Shown here piece by piece: positions 25,367 to 34,777 of a DNA stretch of 64,000 nucleotides (position 1 is its first letter; every line of letters starts with the position of its first letter). This DNA is from an uncultured bacterium (GTDB taxonomy: Bacteria; Chlamydiota; Chlamydiia; Chlamydiales; SM23-39). The DNA lies in assembly GCA_964458995.1 (NCBI GenBank), contig CAYWKW010000001.1:3462-67461 (forward strand), in the 5' to 3' direction. The notes beneath the pieces are model-generated. The model was not told where the DNA came from and ran no database searches. It saw nothing but the letters and a program-made list of their open reading frames with translations. Position numbers and translations under genes: made by a program.

Positions 25367-25496
25367 CTTATGACCTCTTTTTTGCGGAAATATTGCGGAA
25401 ATAAAGTTAAGCGTAAAGATCTTTTGGTGTCAATTGTCTCTTGATATCCCTGTACCAATATGGCAACCTGTTTATTTGGATTCATTTGGAGGGGTA

Positions 25497-27119
25497 ATGT
25501 TGCAGGGAGAATTCACCGAAAGCCAAATCAAAATCTTGGAACATTTTGTCACCAGCACTTCTAGCAACATTTTCGTTCTGCGCAATCTTCCCGAAGTAAT
25601 AAAGGGCGCTCTATTTTCCCGTTATTCGCGCTCTACTTTGGGGCTGCGGACTTTGCTCCTGAAAGAGTTTATTCTGAATGAAGATGCCGCTTTCTCGTCC
25701 ATTACGGGAAAATATTCCGACTCAGATACCGGCAATCAGATGATGGCTATCCAAAAGGCGCAAAATTTTTATGACCGGATTCTAGATGGCTATGGCGATG
25801 ATTCCATCGGCGAGTTGGGTGGCGCGCATCTGGCTATTGAAAACGTGACCATGCTTGCGGCCAAAGTGATTGAAGATTGCCGCATCGGCGGTTCGCCTCT
25901 GGAAAAGTCGACCCGCTATGTCTATTTCGATCAAAAAGTGAATGGGCAATACCTCTTTTATCAAGAGCCGGTTTTAATGACGTCAGCGTATAGAGATCTC
26001 TATCTGGATACGTGCAACCATTTATTCGATACCTACAGCAAGCTGATCCCTCCTTTGACTGCCTTGATTGAACAGGGTTTCCCCAAGGATCCGGCGATTT
26101 CCAAATCGGCCTATACAGCAGCGCTACGAGCCAAGGTTCTCGATTGTTTGCGCGGCCTTTTACCGGCAAGCGCGATGACCAATATGGGCGTCTTTGGCAA
26201 CGGCCGCTTCTACGAATCTCTGATGCAAAAACTCAATGGGCACAATCTGGCCGAGATGCAAGAGATCGGAAAAAAGGCGCACCAAGAACTTTCAAAGGTG
26301 ATCCCTTCTTTCATCCGCAGATCAGATCCGGCACATAAGCATTTTCAAGCCTATTCTCAGTTTTGGGAATCGATGCAGAGCGATCTGCGCCAATTTGCAG
26401 AGCAGCATACTCAGGAAGTGGAGTCTTTGTCCCAGTCGGGGGTTCGCCTCGTCGCCTATGATAAAGAGGCGCCCGCTAAGGTGGCCGGGGCTCTTCTCTT
26501 TGGCTGCACGGATGGGAGTTTGCAAAAATTGCAGGACTATTGCCGCCATCTTCCCGCCGAGGAGCTCAATCGCCTTTTGGAAATCACTTGCGCCTCCCGC
26601 GAAAACCGGCGCCATAAATCCCCCCGTGCCCTGGAACATGCCAACTTTACGTTTGAAATTTTGGCCGATTTCGGCGTCTACCGCGATTTACATCGCCATC
26701 GCATGCTAACCCAAGAAAGGCAGCTCTTATCGTGCTCCCATGGCTACTATACTCCTTCCGAAATCTCAGGAACAGACATGGAGAAAGAGTACCACGAGGC
26801 GATGACCCGAGCTCAAAAAGCTTACGACACTATTGCCGCTGAGCTTCCCGAAGAGGCCCAGTACATCGTTCCCATGGCCTACAATATCCACTGGTATTTC
26901 CACGTCAATCTCCGCTCCCTCCAATGGCTCTGCGAGCTCCGTTCCCAAGCCGCCGGCCACACCACCTACCGCCTCATTGCCCAAGAAATGGCGCGCCAAG
27001 TAAGCCTGGCCTTACCCCAGTTTGAGCGTTTCTTCAAATTTGTCGACTTCGATGGCTACGAATTGGGTCGTTTGGGGGCTGAAATCCGCCAAGAAGAGAA
27101 GCAAAAAGCCCGCACTTAA
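25497..27119 (+). CDS. thyX: FAD-dependent thymidylate synthase ThyX, long chlamydial-type form
   Basis: ThyX-like motif YRDLHRHRMLTQERQ (RHR core) plus GALFSRYSRS. The length of ~540 aa and position next to hemB match the arrangement I recall for Chlamydia (thyX-hemB). I prefer ATG 25497, preceded by GGAGGGG, over the TTG at 25434. Confidence 0.6.
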   Translation: MLQGEFTESQIKILEHFVTSTSSNIFVLRNLPEVIKGALFSRYSRSTLGLRTLLLKEFILNEDAAFSSITGKYSDSDTGNQMMAIQKAQNFYDRILDGYGDDSIGELGGAHLAIENVTMLAAKVIEDCRIGGSPLEKSTRYVYFDQKVNGQYLFYQEPVLMTSAYRDLYLDTCNHLFDTYSKLIPPLTALIEQGFPKDPAISKSAYTAALRAKVLDCLRGLLPASAMTNMGVFGNGRFYESLMQKLNGHNLAEMQEIGKKAHQELSKVIPSFIRRSDPAHKHFQAYSQFWESMQSDLRQFAEQHTQEVESLSQSGVRLVAYDKEAPAKVAGALLFGCTDGSLQKLQDYCRHLPAEELNRLLEITCASRENRRHKSPRALEHANFTFEILADFGVYRDLHRHRMLTQERQLLSCSHGYYTPSEISGTDMEKEYHEAMTRAQKAYDTIAAELPEEAQYIVPMAYNIHWYFHVNLRSLQWLCELRSQAAGHTTYRLIAQEMARQVSLALPQFERFFKFVDFDGYELGRLGAEIRQEEKQKART

Positions 27120-27178
27120 AAAAGGATTCTTGCCTCCTTTTGTCCGTTGCTTTAAATTGGATGGCTTTGAGAGGCTAA

Positions 27179-28378
27179 ATGTCACAGGAACGGTTGGTCC
27201 CAGGGAGTGTACTGGGGGGCATGCTTTTAGTAGCGGGCTGCTGCATTGGCGCAGGTATGCTCGCCCTCCCCATTCTGACGGGACTGGCCGGCTTTTTTCC
27301 ATCGTTGAGCATGCTCTTTTGTGCTTGGGCCTTCATGACTTTCACCGGTCTGCTTCTGGTCGAAGTCAATGGTTGGTTCTCCAAACAGGTGAACTTGGTG
27401 ACCATGTCAGGAGAGGCCCTGGGACAAAAGGGACGTGTCGTCGCCTGGGTGTCTTATCTTTTCCTCATCTATTCCCTGTTGGTTGCTTATACAGCGGCCA
27501 GCGGGTCTGTTTTTTCAGCCATTTTAAATTCGCTGTTTAACGTTTCTGTTCCGGGATGGGCGGCATCTGTTTTTTTTACCGCGCTATTCGGATACATTGT
27601 CTATTTGGGAACGCGCCCTGTCGATTTATTCAATCGCGTACTGATGGCGGGGTTGATCATCACCTATTTGGGAATGATTGGACTGGGAGTTTCCCGGATA
27701 GATGTAGAATTGCTCCTCCATTCGGCGCCGGTGTACACTCTCATGTCTCTTCCTGTGTTGGTCGTCTCGTTCGGATTTCAAAATATCATCCCCAGCCTTA
27801 CGGCTTACATGAAAGGCGATTTAAGGCGAGTAAGGATGAGCATTTTGGGAGGCAGTTCCATGGCTCTCGTTGTTTATCTCGTTTGGTCTCTGCTCGTCTT
27901 GGGCGTCGTCGAGCCAGATCGGATTTTCGAAAGCTATCAGAGGGGAGAGGAGGCGACGATTGCCCTGCGAACTGTTTTAGGGTCGAGTGCGATCAGCCAC
28001 TTTGCTCAAGGATTCGCCTTTTTCGCCATTGTCACCTCCTTTTTGGCCCAAGGATTGACCCTGACTCATTTTCTGGCCGATGGCTTCAAACTGGTTCCCT
28101 CACGGAAAAATCTCTGGTGGCTTTGCTGTTTGGCTTTGGTTCCCCCACTGATTTTAGCTCTTTCCTATCCGCAAATTTTTTTTAAAGCCCTCAGCTTTGC
28201 TGGCGGCATCTGCGCAATGATTCTCTTCGGCATCTTACCCATTTCTATGGCTTGGGTAGGCAGATACAAGAGAAAACACGCTTCTCATTACCACGTTTCG
28301 GGTGGCAAAACAGTCCTCATCATAGGTTTTCTCTTTTCTATTCTTGTGATTGGCTGCGAAATCGCTCGATTTTTTTAA
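27179..28378 (+). CDS. tyrP: Aromatic amino acid (tyrosine/tryptophan) permease, HAAAP family, copy 1
   Basis: About 11 TM segments. The N-terminal LGGMLLVAGCCIGAGMLALPILTGLAGFFPS is typical of the TyrP/Mtr/TnaB family. Confidence 0.8.
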   Translation: MSQERLVPGSVLGGMLLVAGCCIGAGMLALPILTGLAGFFPSLSMLFCAWAFMTFTGLLLVEVNGWFSKQVNLVTMSGEALGQKGRVVAWVSYLFLIYSLLVAYTAASGSVFSAILNSLFNVSVPGWAASVFFTALFGYIVYLGTRPVDLFNRVLMAGLIITYLGMIGLGVSRIDVELLLHSAPVYTLMSLPVLVVSFGFQNIIPSLTAYMKGDLRRVRMSILGGSSMALVVYLVWSLLVLGVVEPDRIFESYQRGEEATIALRTVLGSSAISHFAQGFAFFAIVTSFLAQGLTLTHFLADGFKLVPSRKNLWWLCCLALVPPLILALSYPQIFFKALSFAGGICAMILFGILPISMAWVGRYKRKHASHYHVSGGKTVLIIGFLFSILVIGCEIARFF

Positions 28379-28387
28379 AGGACATTT

Positions 28388-29584
28388 ATGTTGCACACAA
28401 ATCGCCTCATTGGCGGAATTCTACTCGTTTCTGGAACATCTATCGGCGCCGGCATGCTGGCTTTACCTGTCATCTCCTCTTTTGCAGGTTTTCTCCCCTC
28501 TTTTGCCTTGCTCGCGATTTGTTGGCTCTTCCTCTTTACCACCGCCCTTCTCCTGCTCGATGTCAATCTGGCCTTCCCGGGCGAAGTGAACCTCATTACC
28601 ATGGCGGGGCGCACTCTGGGCGTTTCCGGCAAAGCCCTCTGCTGGGTCACCTACCTCCTCCTCCTCTACTCTCTGACTGCGGCCTACATTGCGGGGAGTT
28701 CCCCTCTGTTTCTCCAAGCGCTTCACTGGGCCACGGGTTGGAATGCGCCCGCATGGCTAGGACCTTTTCCGCTGCTCATCCTCTTCGGCCTCTTCGTCTA
28801 TCTCGGCACGCAGGCGGTCGATTGGGTCAACCGGCTCCTCATGCTAGGGCTCATCCTCTGCTACGTTTTGCTCGTTGCTTTTTTGCCCTCCCATATTCAG
28901 CTCCAATTCCTTAAACACAGCGATCCCAAGGCTATTCTGGTGGCCATTCCCGTGGTGATCACCTCTTACGGCTTCCACATCATCATCCCCACGCTCACGA
29001 CCTACCTCAATCACGATGTGAAAAAATTGCGCCTCACGCTTTTCATCGGAAGCCTGATCCCTTTCATTGTCTATGCTATCTGGGAATTCCTCATTCTCGG
29101 CGTGGTTCCGCTTAATGGAGAGCATAGCCTCTTCACAGCTTGGCAAAATGGGCAAACGGGGGCAGCCTCTCTCTCTTACATTTTGCAAAACCGATGGATT
29201 ACTACAGCGGCGAGCGGCTTCTCTTTCTTTGCGATCATCACTTCATTCTTGGGCGTTTCGCTCAGTCTGTCTGACTTCCTGACCGATGGACTTCATATGA
29301 AACGGTTCAGTCTGGGGCGTGAGTTTGCCTGCTTGCTCACTTTCATACCGCCGCTGATCTTCGTTCTTGCCTACCAGAGGGGCTTTATCATGGCGCTGCA
29401 GTTCGCCGGCATTTTCGTCGCGATCCTGCTCTGCATTCTACCCGCGATCATGGCGTGGAAACTCCCCTCCTACCGCACCTTCATGAGAAGAGCTCTATTG
29501 CTCCTAGTGATCCTCGCATCGCTATTTGTGATCGTTCTCGATATCTTCGAAGAGGCGGGGATGCTCAAACAGTTAATTGGATAG
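28388..29584 (+). CDS. tyrP: Aromatic amino acid permease, HAAAP family, copy 2
   Basis: A paralog of the preceding gene (IGGILLVSGTSIGAGMLALPVISSFAGFLPS). Tandem tyrP pairs are known in Chlamydia. Confidence 0.8.
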   Translation: MLHTNRLIGGILLVSGTSIGAGMLALPVISSFAGFLPSFALLAICWLFLFTTALLLLDVNLAFPGEVNLITMAGRTLGVSGKALCWVTYLLLLYSLTAAYIAGSSPLFLQALHWATGWNAPAWLGPFPLLILFGLFVYLGTQAVDWVNRLLMLGLILCYVLLVAFLPSHIQLQFLKHSDPKAILVAIPVVITSYGFHIIIPTLTTYLNHDVKKLRLTLFIGSLIPFIVYAIWEFLILGVVPLNGEHSLFTAWQNGQTGAASLSYILQNRWITTAASGFSFFAIITSFLGVSLSLSDFLTDGLHMKRFSLGREFACLLTFIPPLIFVLAYQRGFIMALQFAGIFVAILLCILPAIMAWKLPSYRTFMRRALLLLVILASLFVIVLDIFEEAGMLKQLIG

Positions 29585-29586
29585 GG

Positions 29587-32133
29587 TTATTCACAGGTGT
29601 GGGGGGGCACTGACGTGATATCGGTCAGTGTGAAGTAGCCTTCGCCGCCGGTACTGGTTTCCAATTGGAAGAGGGCCGGCGCCGTATTCGTGAAGATGAA
29701 TGGGTTGCTCCCATCGGCATACTGTGTGGGGGTCGCAATGTTGTTATTAAACTGTAGGCATAGAGATGTGTTCGCCCCTGCAGTCGTGGCCAATACAGAC
29801 TGAGTGCCGCAGCTAAAAAACTGGTTGTTGTTGGCCTTTATCCGGCTCACTCCGCCGCCTGACAGCGCTACGTTCAGCCCTCCGCTAGCAGAGTTTTCGT
29901 GAAACTGGTTATTTAAGATATTGGCATTGAAAAGCCCTGAATTTGTAATGCTGATGCCCCCGGTGCCGTCCAAAAATGAATTATTTTCAATATTGCTAGT
30001 GGATAGTTGAGATGAAGTGTTGCTGACAAGAATGCCGAAGGCCGCTACAGAAGAGATCCTATTATCTAAAATGGAGCCGCTCGATCGAGAAGTTCCGGCA
30101 TGGCTTAATATAATGCCCCTTCCTAGTAGATTTGTGAGTGTATTGTTAGAGATCAAATATGTGCCGCTAGAGCTATTTAAAAATGAAAAATTAATTACCG
30201 CTATGGCTATATCTGGTGTAGATAGTTGTATCTCATTTTTTAGAATCGTACAATCTATAAATGCGCTGTCAGCCATGGAAACGGAGACTACAGGCTGGGG
30301 GGAACCTGAGCCAAAAGAGGTAAATAAACGATTATTTTGGATGAGGCATGTCATTGACGAGGTATTTGAACCACTGAGTTCAATCGCGGAATCTCTGCCT
30401 ACACTATTCTCATTTGAATCTACTACAATTGACATTTGAGCGAAGTTTGTTGTAGTAAAACTAAAAGGTCCATCAATACATTTGTTGGAATTAACAATAA
30501 AAGTATGTGCTGATGAAGGAGCGGTACTATTTGATGCGGTGGCATTGATGTTCAAGCTTCTTTGGCCGCCGATGATATTATTAGAGATCTGTGTGGTGAT
30601 TCCCGACGAGTTTGTGTAGGCGAGCGTAATAGCGGGGGTTCCTGGAGCAGACAGCCCCGCCGCAACTGAATTATTTGTAATGGCATAATAGGCATTGGTG
30701 ATGTTCGCATTGGTGAGAGAAATGACCCCGCCTTGCTCGAATCCGATTTCGTTACGATCAATCACCATTTGTCCTGCGACATTGTTTAGGATGATACCGG
30801 CCCTAGTTACCGATGAATTGCTGGAGATCGTATTATTCGTAATGGTTAGGCCGGTGATGGTGACCCCTGCATTCGATTGGCTAATGCCCGTCCCGTTTAA
30901 ATTGCTGATGGCGAGGCCAGAAATGGTGTTTCCATTCGCCACCGCCACAACATCCCCTCCGGTATTGCCGATGACGGGCAAACTGAGGGTGAAGGCGGGA
31001 ATGGTGATCACTCCTTGCGTAGTGGCGATGGGTTGTGTGATGGAGGAACCCAAAAGTTGCTGGAAATCCTTCAGCACAATTCCGCTATTCATCCCTGTGG
31101 CGGTGCCGTTTCCTGTAAATACGTAGATGATATCGTGAGGCGAAGAGTTCGCCTGCGCCGCGGCTAAAGTGGCGTAAGGATCTTCAATGGTTCCGTTGGA
31201 GCCGTTGAGATTATTGACAAACACAAAGAAGAACGGAGCTCCCGTGCTTGGATCGATAGCCACTTGCGTCTTCCGCTTCGTGTCTACAGGGATGATTTCG
31301 CTGCGAATGACCCTTTGGTAGGCTCGATTGACGAGCGTTTCGCATAGGCACTTAGGAACTTCTTCGTATTCCGCGCGACAGGTCCACCTTTTTCTGCGGC
31401 TGAAAGGGATGATGACGCTAGCTTGTCCTTGGCCGATCCATTTGAAGAGATGATCGTAAGAGACGTTCCCTTCCAAGCGGAAGTATTGGCCGAGATCAAA
31501 GGCCGCGCGCAGCTTGCCTCCCCATGCCGTCTGATCGTTTCCCCGCAGATAGTAGGGGCCTGCCGCCACTTCGACGGGGATCCATCTGAATTTACCATGG
31601 CATCCCACTTCGCCATCGACGCTGGCCAAAGCATACTCATGTTTGCGGCTCAAGAAGAGGCTGTGACCTGCAAAATGATCAAATTTAGGAGAAAAGCCGC
31701 GACTTACTTTTTTGCCCACGGGAAGATAGCCATTGAGACGAAAATCCCACTTCTCGCCGAGAACTTCGAAGCCGATGGCTGCCTGATTGTAATGCAAGCG
31801 ATGGGTGCTCCTGTAGTCGTAATAGGCATTGGCGCCCCAGACCCGGCGCTCGCCTAAGTATCTTAAGCCAAGCCCTGCGTTGGCGGCGAGTTTCCCGTTG
31901 TCAAACACATGGCCGCGCAGGTCGAGGTAGGGAAGCCAGCTGCCGCGATAGAAGTCGCCCGGGGCAAAAAAGCCCTCCAGGGTCGTGTATCCTTGCTTAT
32001 ATCCAACCCCATTCGGCTCGATGTGGCGCAAGGTGAAGCGCACGGGGCAAGGCCCTTCGTTAGAAGCTGAGAGAAGTCCGCTTGCCGCTTGAAGGAACAG
32101 ATAACAACTCAGTAAAGCGCGTCTCATTTTCAC
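29587..32133 (-). CDS. Inverse autotransporter-like (type Ve) surface protein with a parallel beta-helix passenger, copy 1
   Basis: Signal peptide MKMRRALLSCYLFLQAASGLLSA. The N-terminal ~250 aa resemble the intimin/invasin beta-barrel (LDLRGHVFDNGKLAANAGLGLRYL, WGANAYYDYRS, IGFEVLGEKWDFRLNGYLPVG, LEGNVSYD). The C-terminal ~550 aa hold N/S/T/G/I-rich ~22-25-aa repeats (ITNNTISSN..., ISNNTLTN..., NNQF...) typical of right-handed beta-helices. Confidence 0.7.
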   Translation of the reverse strand: MKMRRALLSCYLFLQAASGLLSASNEGPCPVRFTLRHIEPNGVGYKQGYTTLEGFFAPGDFYRGSWLPYLDLRGHVFDNGKLAANAGLGLRYLGERRVWGANAYYDYRSTHRLHYNQAAIGFEVLGEKWDFRLNGYLPVGKKVSRGFSPKFDHFAGHSLFLSRKHEYALASVDGEVGCHGKFRWIPVEVAAGPYYLRGNDQTAWGGKLRAAFDLGQYFRLEGNVSYDHLFKWIGQGQASVIIPFSRRKRWTCRAEYEEVPKCLCETLVNRAYQRVIRSEIIPVDTKRKTQVAIDPSTGAPFFFVFVNNLNGSNGTIEDPYATLAAAQANSSPHDIIYVFTGNGTATGMNSGIVLKDFQQLLGSSITQPIATTQGVITIPAFTLSLPVIGNTGGDVVAVANGNTISGLAISNLNGTGISQSNAGVTITGLTITNNTISSNSSVTRAGIILNNVAGQMVIDRNEIGFEQGGVISLTNANITNAYYAITNNSVAAGLSAPGTPAITLAYTNSSGITTQISNNIIGGQRSLNINATASNSTAPSSAHTFIVNSNKCIDGPFSFTTTNFAQMSIVVDSNENSVGRDSAIELSGSNTSSMTCLIQNNRLFTSFGSGSPQPVVSVSMADSAFIDCTILKNEIQLSTPDIAIAVINFSFLNSSSGTYLISNNTLTNLLGRGIILSHAGTSRSSGSILDNRISSVAAFGILVSNTSSQLSTSNIENNSFLDGTGGISITNSGLFNANILNNQFHENSASGGLNVALSGGGVSRIKANNNQFFSCGTQSVLATTAGANTSLCLQFNNNIATPTQYADGSNPFIFTNTAPALFQLETSTGGEGYFTLTDITSVPPHTCE

Positions 32134-34670
32134 TCACAAGTATGGGGTGGCACCAACGTGATATTCGTCGGTGTGAAGTAGCCTTCGTTGTTGGTAAATG
32201 CGGAGGATTCCAGTTGGAAGAGGGCCGGCGCCGTATTCGTGAAGATAAAAGGGTTGCTGCCGTTTGCGTTCTGTGTGGGATTCGCGATGTTGTCATTAAA
32301 CTGCAGGCATAAAGAGGTGTTCGCGCCTGAGGTTACAATCGAGGCAGCCCGAGTGCTATTGCCAAAAAACTGATTATTGTTGATTTTCATTCGGCTCGCT
32401 CCGCCCGACAAGGCAATATCAATCCCAGGAAGAAGTGTTTGGTGAAACTGATTATTTAAGATGCTGAGATTAAGGGGTCCTGAGGGATTCATCACAATCC
32501 CGTTACTGGAGGCGTTGCCGAAGAATGAATTATTTTCAACATTCCAAGTGCACAGTTGAGGTGAACTGGAGAAAAGATCCACACAAAACCCCTGAAGATT
32601 AGCAAGTATCGTGTTATTCAAAATAGAGCCGGTTGATTGAGCAGTATTCAAATTAGAGATTGTAATGCCAGTGTCAAAGCCACTGATCCCATCCCCCAGC
32701 ATGACTATCTTATTATTAGAAATTAGGAACTGAGCGGTAGAGCTGTTACGAAAAAACATGTTTATAGGATCTACGTATTCGAATACATTGTTGTCAATTA
32801 TAATGTTGCCGGATGCAGAGTTGGTCAGGTTGATAAAGATACCGTTTCCCTCGCCATATATATTGTTGTTTTTACAGAGGAATGTCACCGATGAGGTACT
32901 TGCGGCATTGATTGCTATCACGCTGCTGGATGACGAGATGTTATTGGAATCTAACGTTATCGACATTCGCGCTGCGTTTGTCAAAGCAACATTTATCTCA
33001 TTTCTTCCCGCTAGAGTGTTAGAATTCATAGCAAAGATATGTTCGGATGCGGGGGCAGAGCTATTTGATGCAGAAACATTGAAGAGAAAAGCAGAAGATA
33101 CGCTTTCGATATTGTTATTGGCAACCTGTGTAATAATTCCCGATGAATTTGTGTAGGTGAGCGTAACAGGGACTCCGGAACCACTCCCCGCCGGCGCAAT
33201 CGAATTATTTGTAATCGTGTAAGAGGCGTTGCTGATGCTCGCATTGGTTAGGGAAATGCCTCCACTTTGCTCGACTCCTATTTCGTTATGGTCGATTATC
33301 ATTTGCCCCGCGACATTGTTTAGGCCGATTCCCACTCTACTCACAGATGTGTTGCTGAGGATCGCATTGTTCGTAATGGTCAAATCGGTGATGGTGATCC
33401 CTGCATTCGATTGGCTGATGCCAGTCCCATTCAAATTGTTGATGGCAAGGCCGGAGATGGTATTTCCATTAGCCACAGCCACAACGGCGCCTCCGGTATT
33501 GCCGATGATGGGCAAAGTGGAGGTGAGGGAAGGGATGGCGATCACTCCCTGTGTAGTGGCGATGGAGTGCGTGACGGAAGAGCCCAAAAGCTGCTGGAAA
33601 TCCTTCAGCACAATTCCGCTATTCATCCCTGTGGCGGTGCCGTTTCCTGTAAATACGTAGATGATATTGTGAGGCGAGGAGTTCGCCTGCGCCGCGGCTA
33701 AAGTGGCGTAAGGGTCTTCAAAGGTTCCATCGGATCCGCTGAGGTTATCGACAAACACAAAGAAGAACGGGGCTCCCGTGGTTGGATCGATAGCCACTTG
33801 TGTCCTCCGCTTCGTGTCTACAGGGACGATTTCGCTGCGAACAACCCGCTGGTAGGCTCGCCTGACGAGCGTTTTGCATAGGCACTTGGGAACTTCTTCA
33901 CATTCCGTTCGACAGGTCCACCTTTTTCTGGGACCGAAAGGGATGATGATGCTCGCTTGTCCTTGGCCGATCCATTTGAAGAGATTGTCATAGGAGACGT
34001 TGCCTTCCAAGCGGAAGTATTGGTCGAAATCCAGCGCCGCGCGCAGCTTGCCTCCCCATGCCGTCTGATCATTTCCCCGCAGATAGTAGGGGCCTGCCGC
34101 CACCTCGACGGGGAGCCATTCGATTCTGTCCATATGATAGGCCACTTCGCTGTCGACGCTGGCCAGCGCATACTCATGTTTGCGGCTCAAGAACAGGTTG
34201 TGCCCCGCAAAGTGATCGAATTTAAGGGAAAAGCCGTGGCTTCTTTTCTTGCCCACGGGAAGATATCCGTTGATCCGAAAGTCCCACCTCTCGCCAAGCA
34301 TTTCGAAGCCGAGAGCCGCCTGGTTGTAGTGCAGGCGATGGGTGTTGCGATAGTCGTAATAGGCATTGGCGCCCCAGACCCGCCGCTCGCCTAAGTATCT
34401 TAAGCCCAGCCCTGCGTTGGCGGCGAGGTTTCCGTGGTCAAACACATGGCCGCGCAGGTCGAGGTAGGGAAGCCAGCTGCCGCGACAGAAGTCGCCCGGG
34501 GCAAAAAACCCCTCCAGCGTCGTGTATCCTTGTGTATACCCAATCCCGTTCGGCTCGATGTGGCGCATGGTGATGCGCATCGGGTAAGGTCCCACTTCAG
34601 AGGCTGAAAGGAATCCTGTTGCCGCTTGAAGCAGCAGCCAATAAGCAAAAAACGCACGTCTTGTTTTCAT
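32130..34670 (-). CDS. Inverse autotransporter-like (type Ve) surface protein with a beta-helix passenger, copy 2
   Basis: Paralog of 29587-32133 with a 4-nt overlap to it. The N-terminal ~500 aa and C-terminal ~90 aa are near-identical, and the central ~240 aa are strongly diverged. Both copies end in ...VPPHTCE. Confidence 0.7.
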   Translation of the reverse strand: MKTRRAFFAYWLLLQAATGFLSASEVGPYPMRITMRHIEPNGIGYTQGYTTLEGFFAPGDFCRGSWLPYLDLRGHVFDHGNLAANAGLGLRYLGERRVWGANAYYDYRNTHRLHYNQAALGFEMLGERWDFRINGYLPVGKKRSHGFSLKFDHFAGHNLFLSRKHEYALASVDSEVAYHMDRIEWLPVEVAAGPYYLRGNDQTAWGGKLRAALDFDQYFRLEGNVSYDNLFKWIGQGQASIIIPFGPRKRWTCRTECEEVPKCLCKTLVRRAYQRVVRSEIVPVDTKRRTQVAIDPTTGAPFFFVFVDNLSGSDGTFEDPYATLAAAQANSSPHNIIYVFTGNGTATGMNSGIVLKDFQQLLGSSVTHSIATTQGVIAIPSLTSTLPIIGNTGGAVVAVANGNTISGLAINNLNGTGISQSNAGITITDLTITNNAILSNTSVSRVGIGLNNVAGQMIIDHNEIGVEQSGGISLTNASISNASYTITNNSIAPAGSGSGVPVTLTYTNSSGIITQVANNNIESVSSAFLFNVSASNSSAPASEHIFAMNSNTLAGRNEINVALTNAARMSITLDSNNISSSSSVIAINAASTSSVTFLCKNNNIYGEGNGIFINLTNSASGNIIIDNNVFEYVDPINMFFRNSSTAQFLISNNKIVMLGDGISGFDTGITISNLNTAQSTGSILNNTILANLQGFCVDLFSSSPQLCTWNVENNSFFGNASSNGIVMNPSGPLNLSILNNQFHQTLLPGIDIALSGGASRMKINNNQFFGNSTRAASIVTSGANTSLCLQFNDNIANPTQNANGSNPFIFTNTAPALFQLESSAFTNNEGYFTPTNITLVPPHTCE

Positions 34671-34777
34671 AATTAAAAATTGGGTGAAAAGAAATTTGTT
34701 GTCAACAGGAATGCATACTTTGTAAGGCCAAATTTAGGGAAGTTGTCGATTAAAATAGGTTGTGGGATCATAGAGGT

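Noticed and set aside
24386-25373. Long antisense or alternative-frame ORFs inside hemB (238, 155, 80 and 66 aa). Similar ORFs lie inside dusB (9327-9803) and inside the ADH-Gfo and wecC genes (59789-62767).
   Set aside because: They are shadow ORFs typical of GC-rich coding sequence. Each lies within a gene that has clear family motifs.
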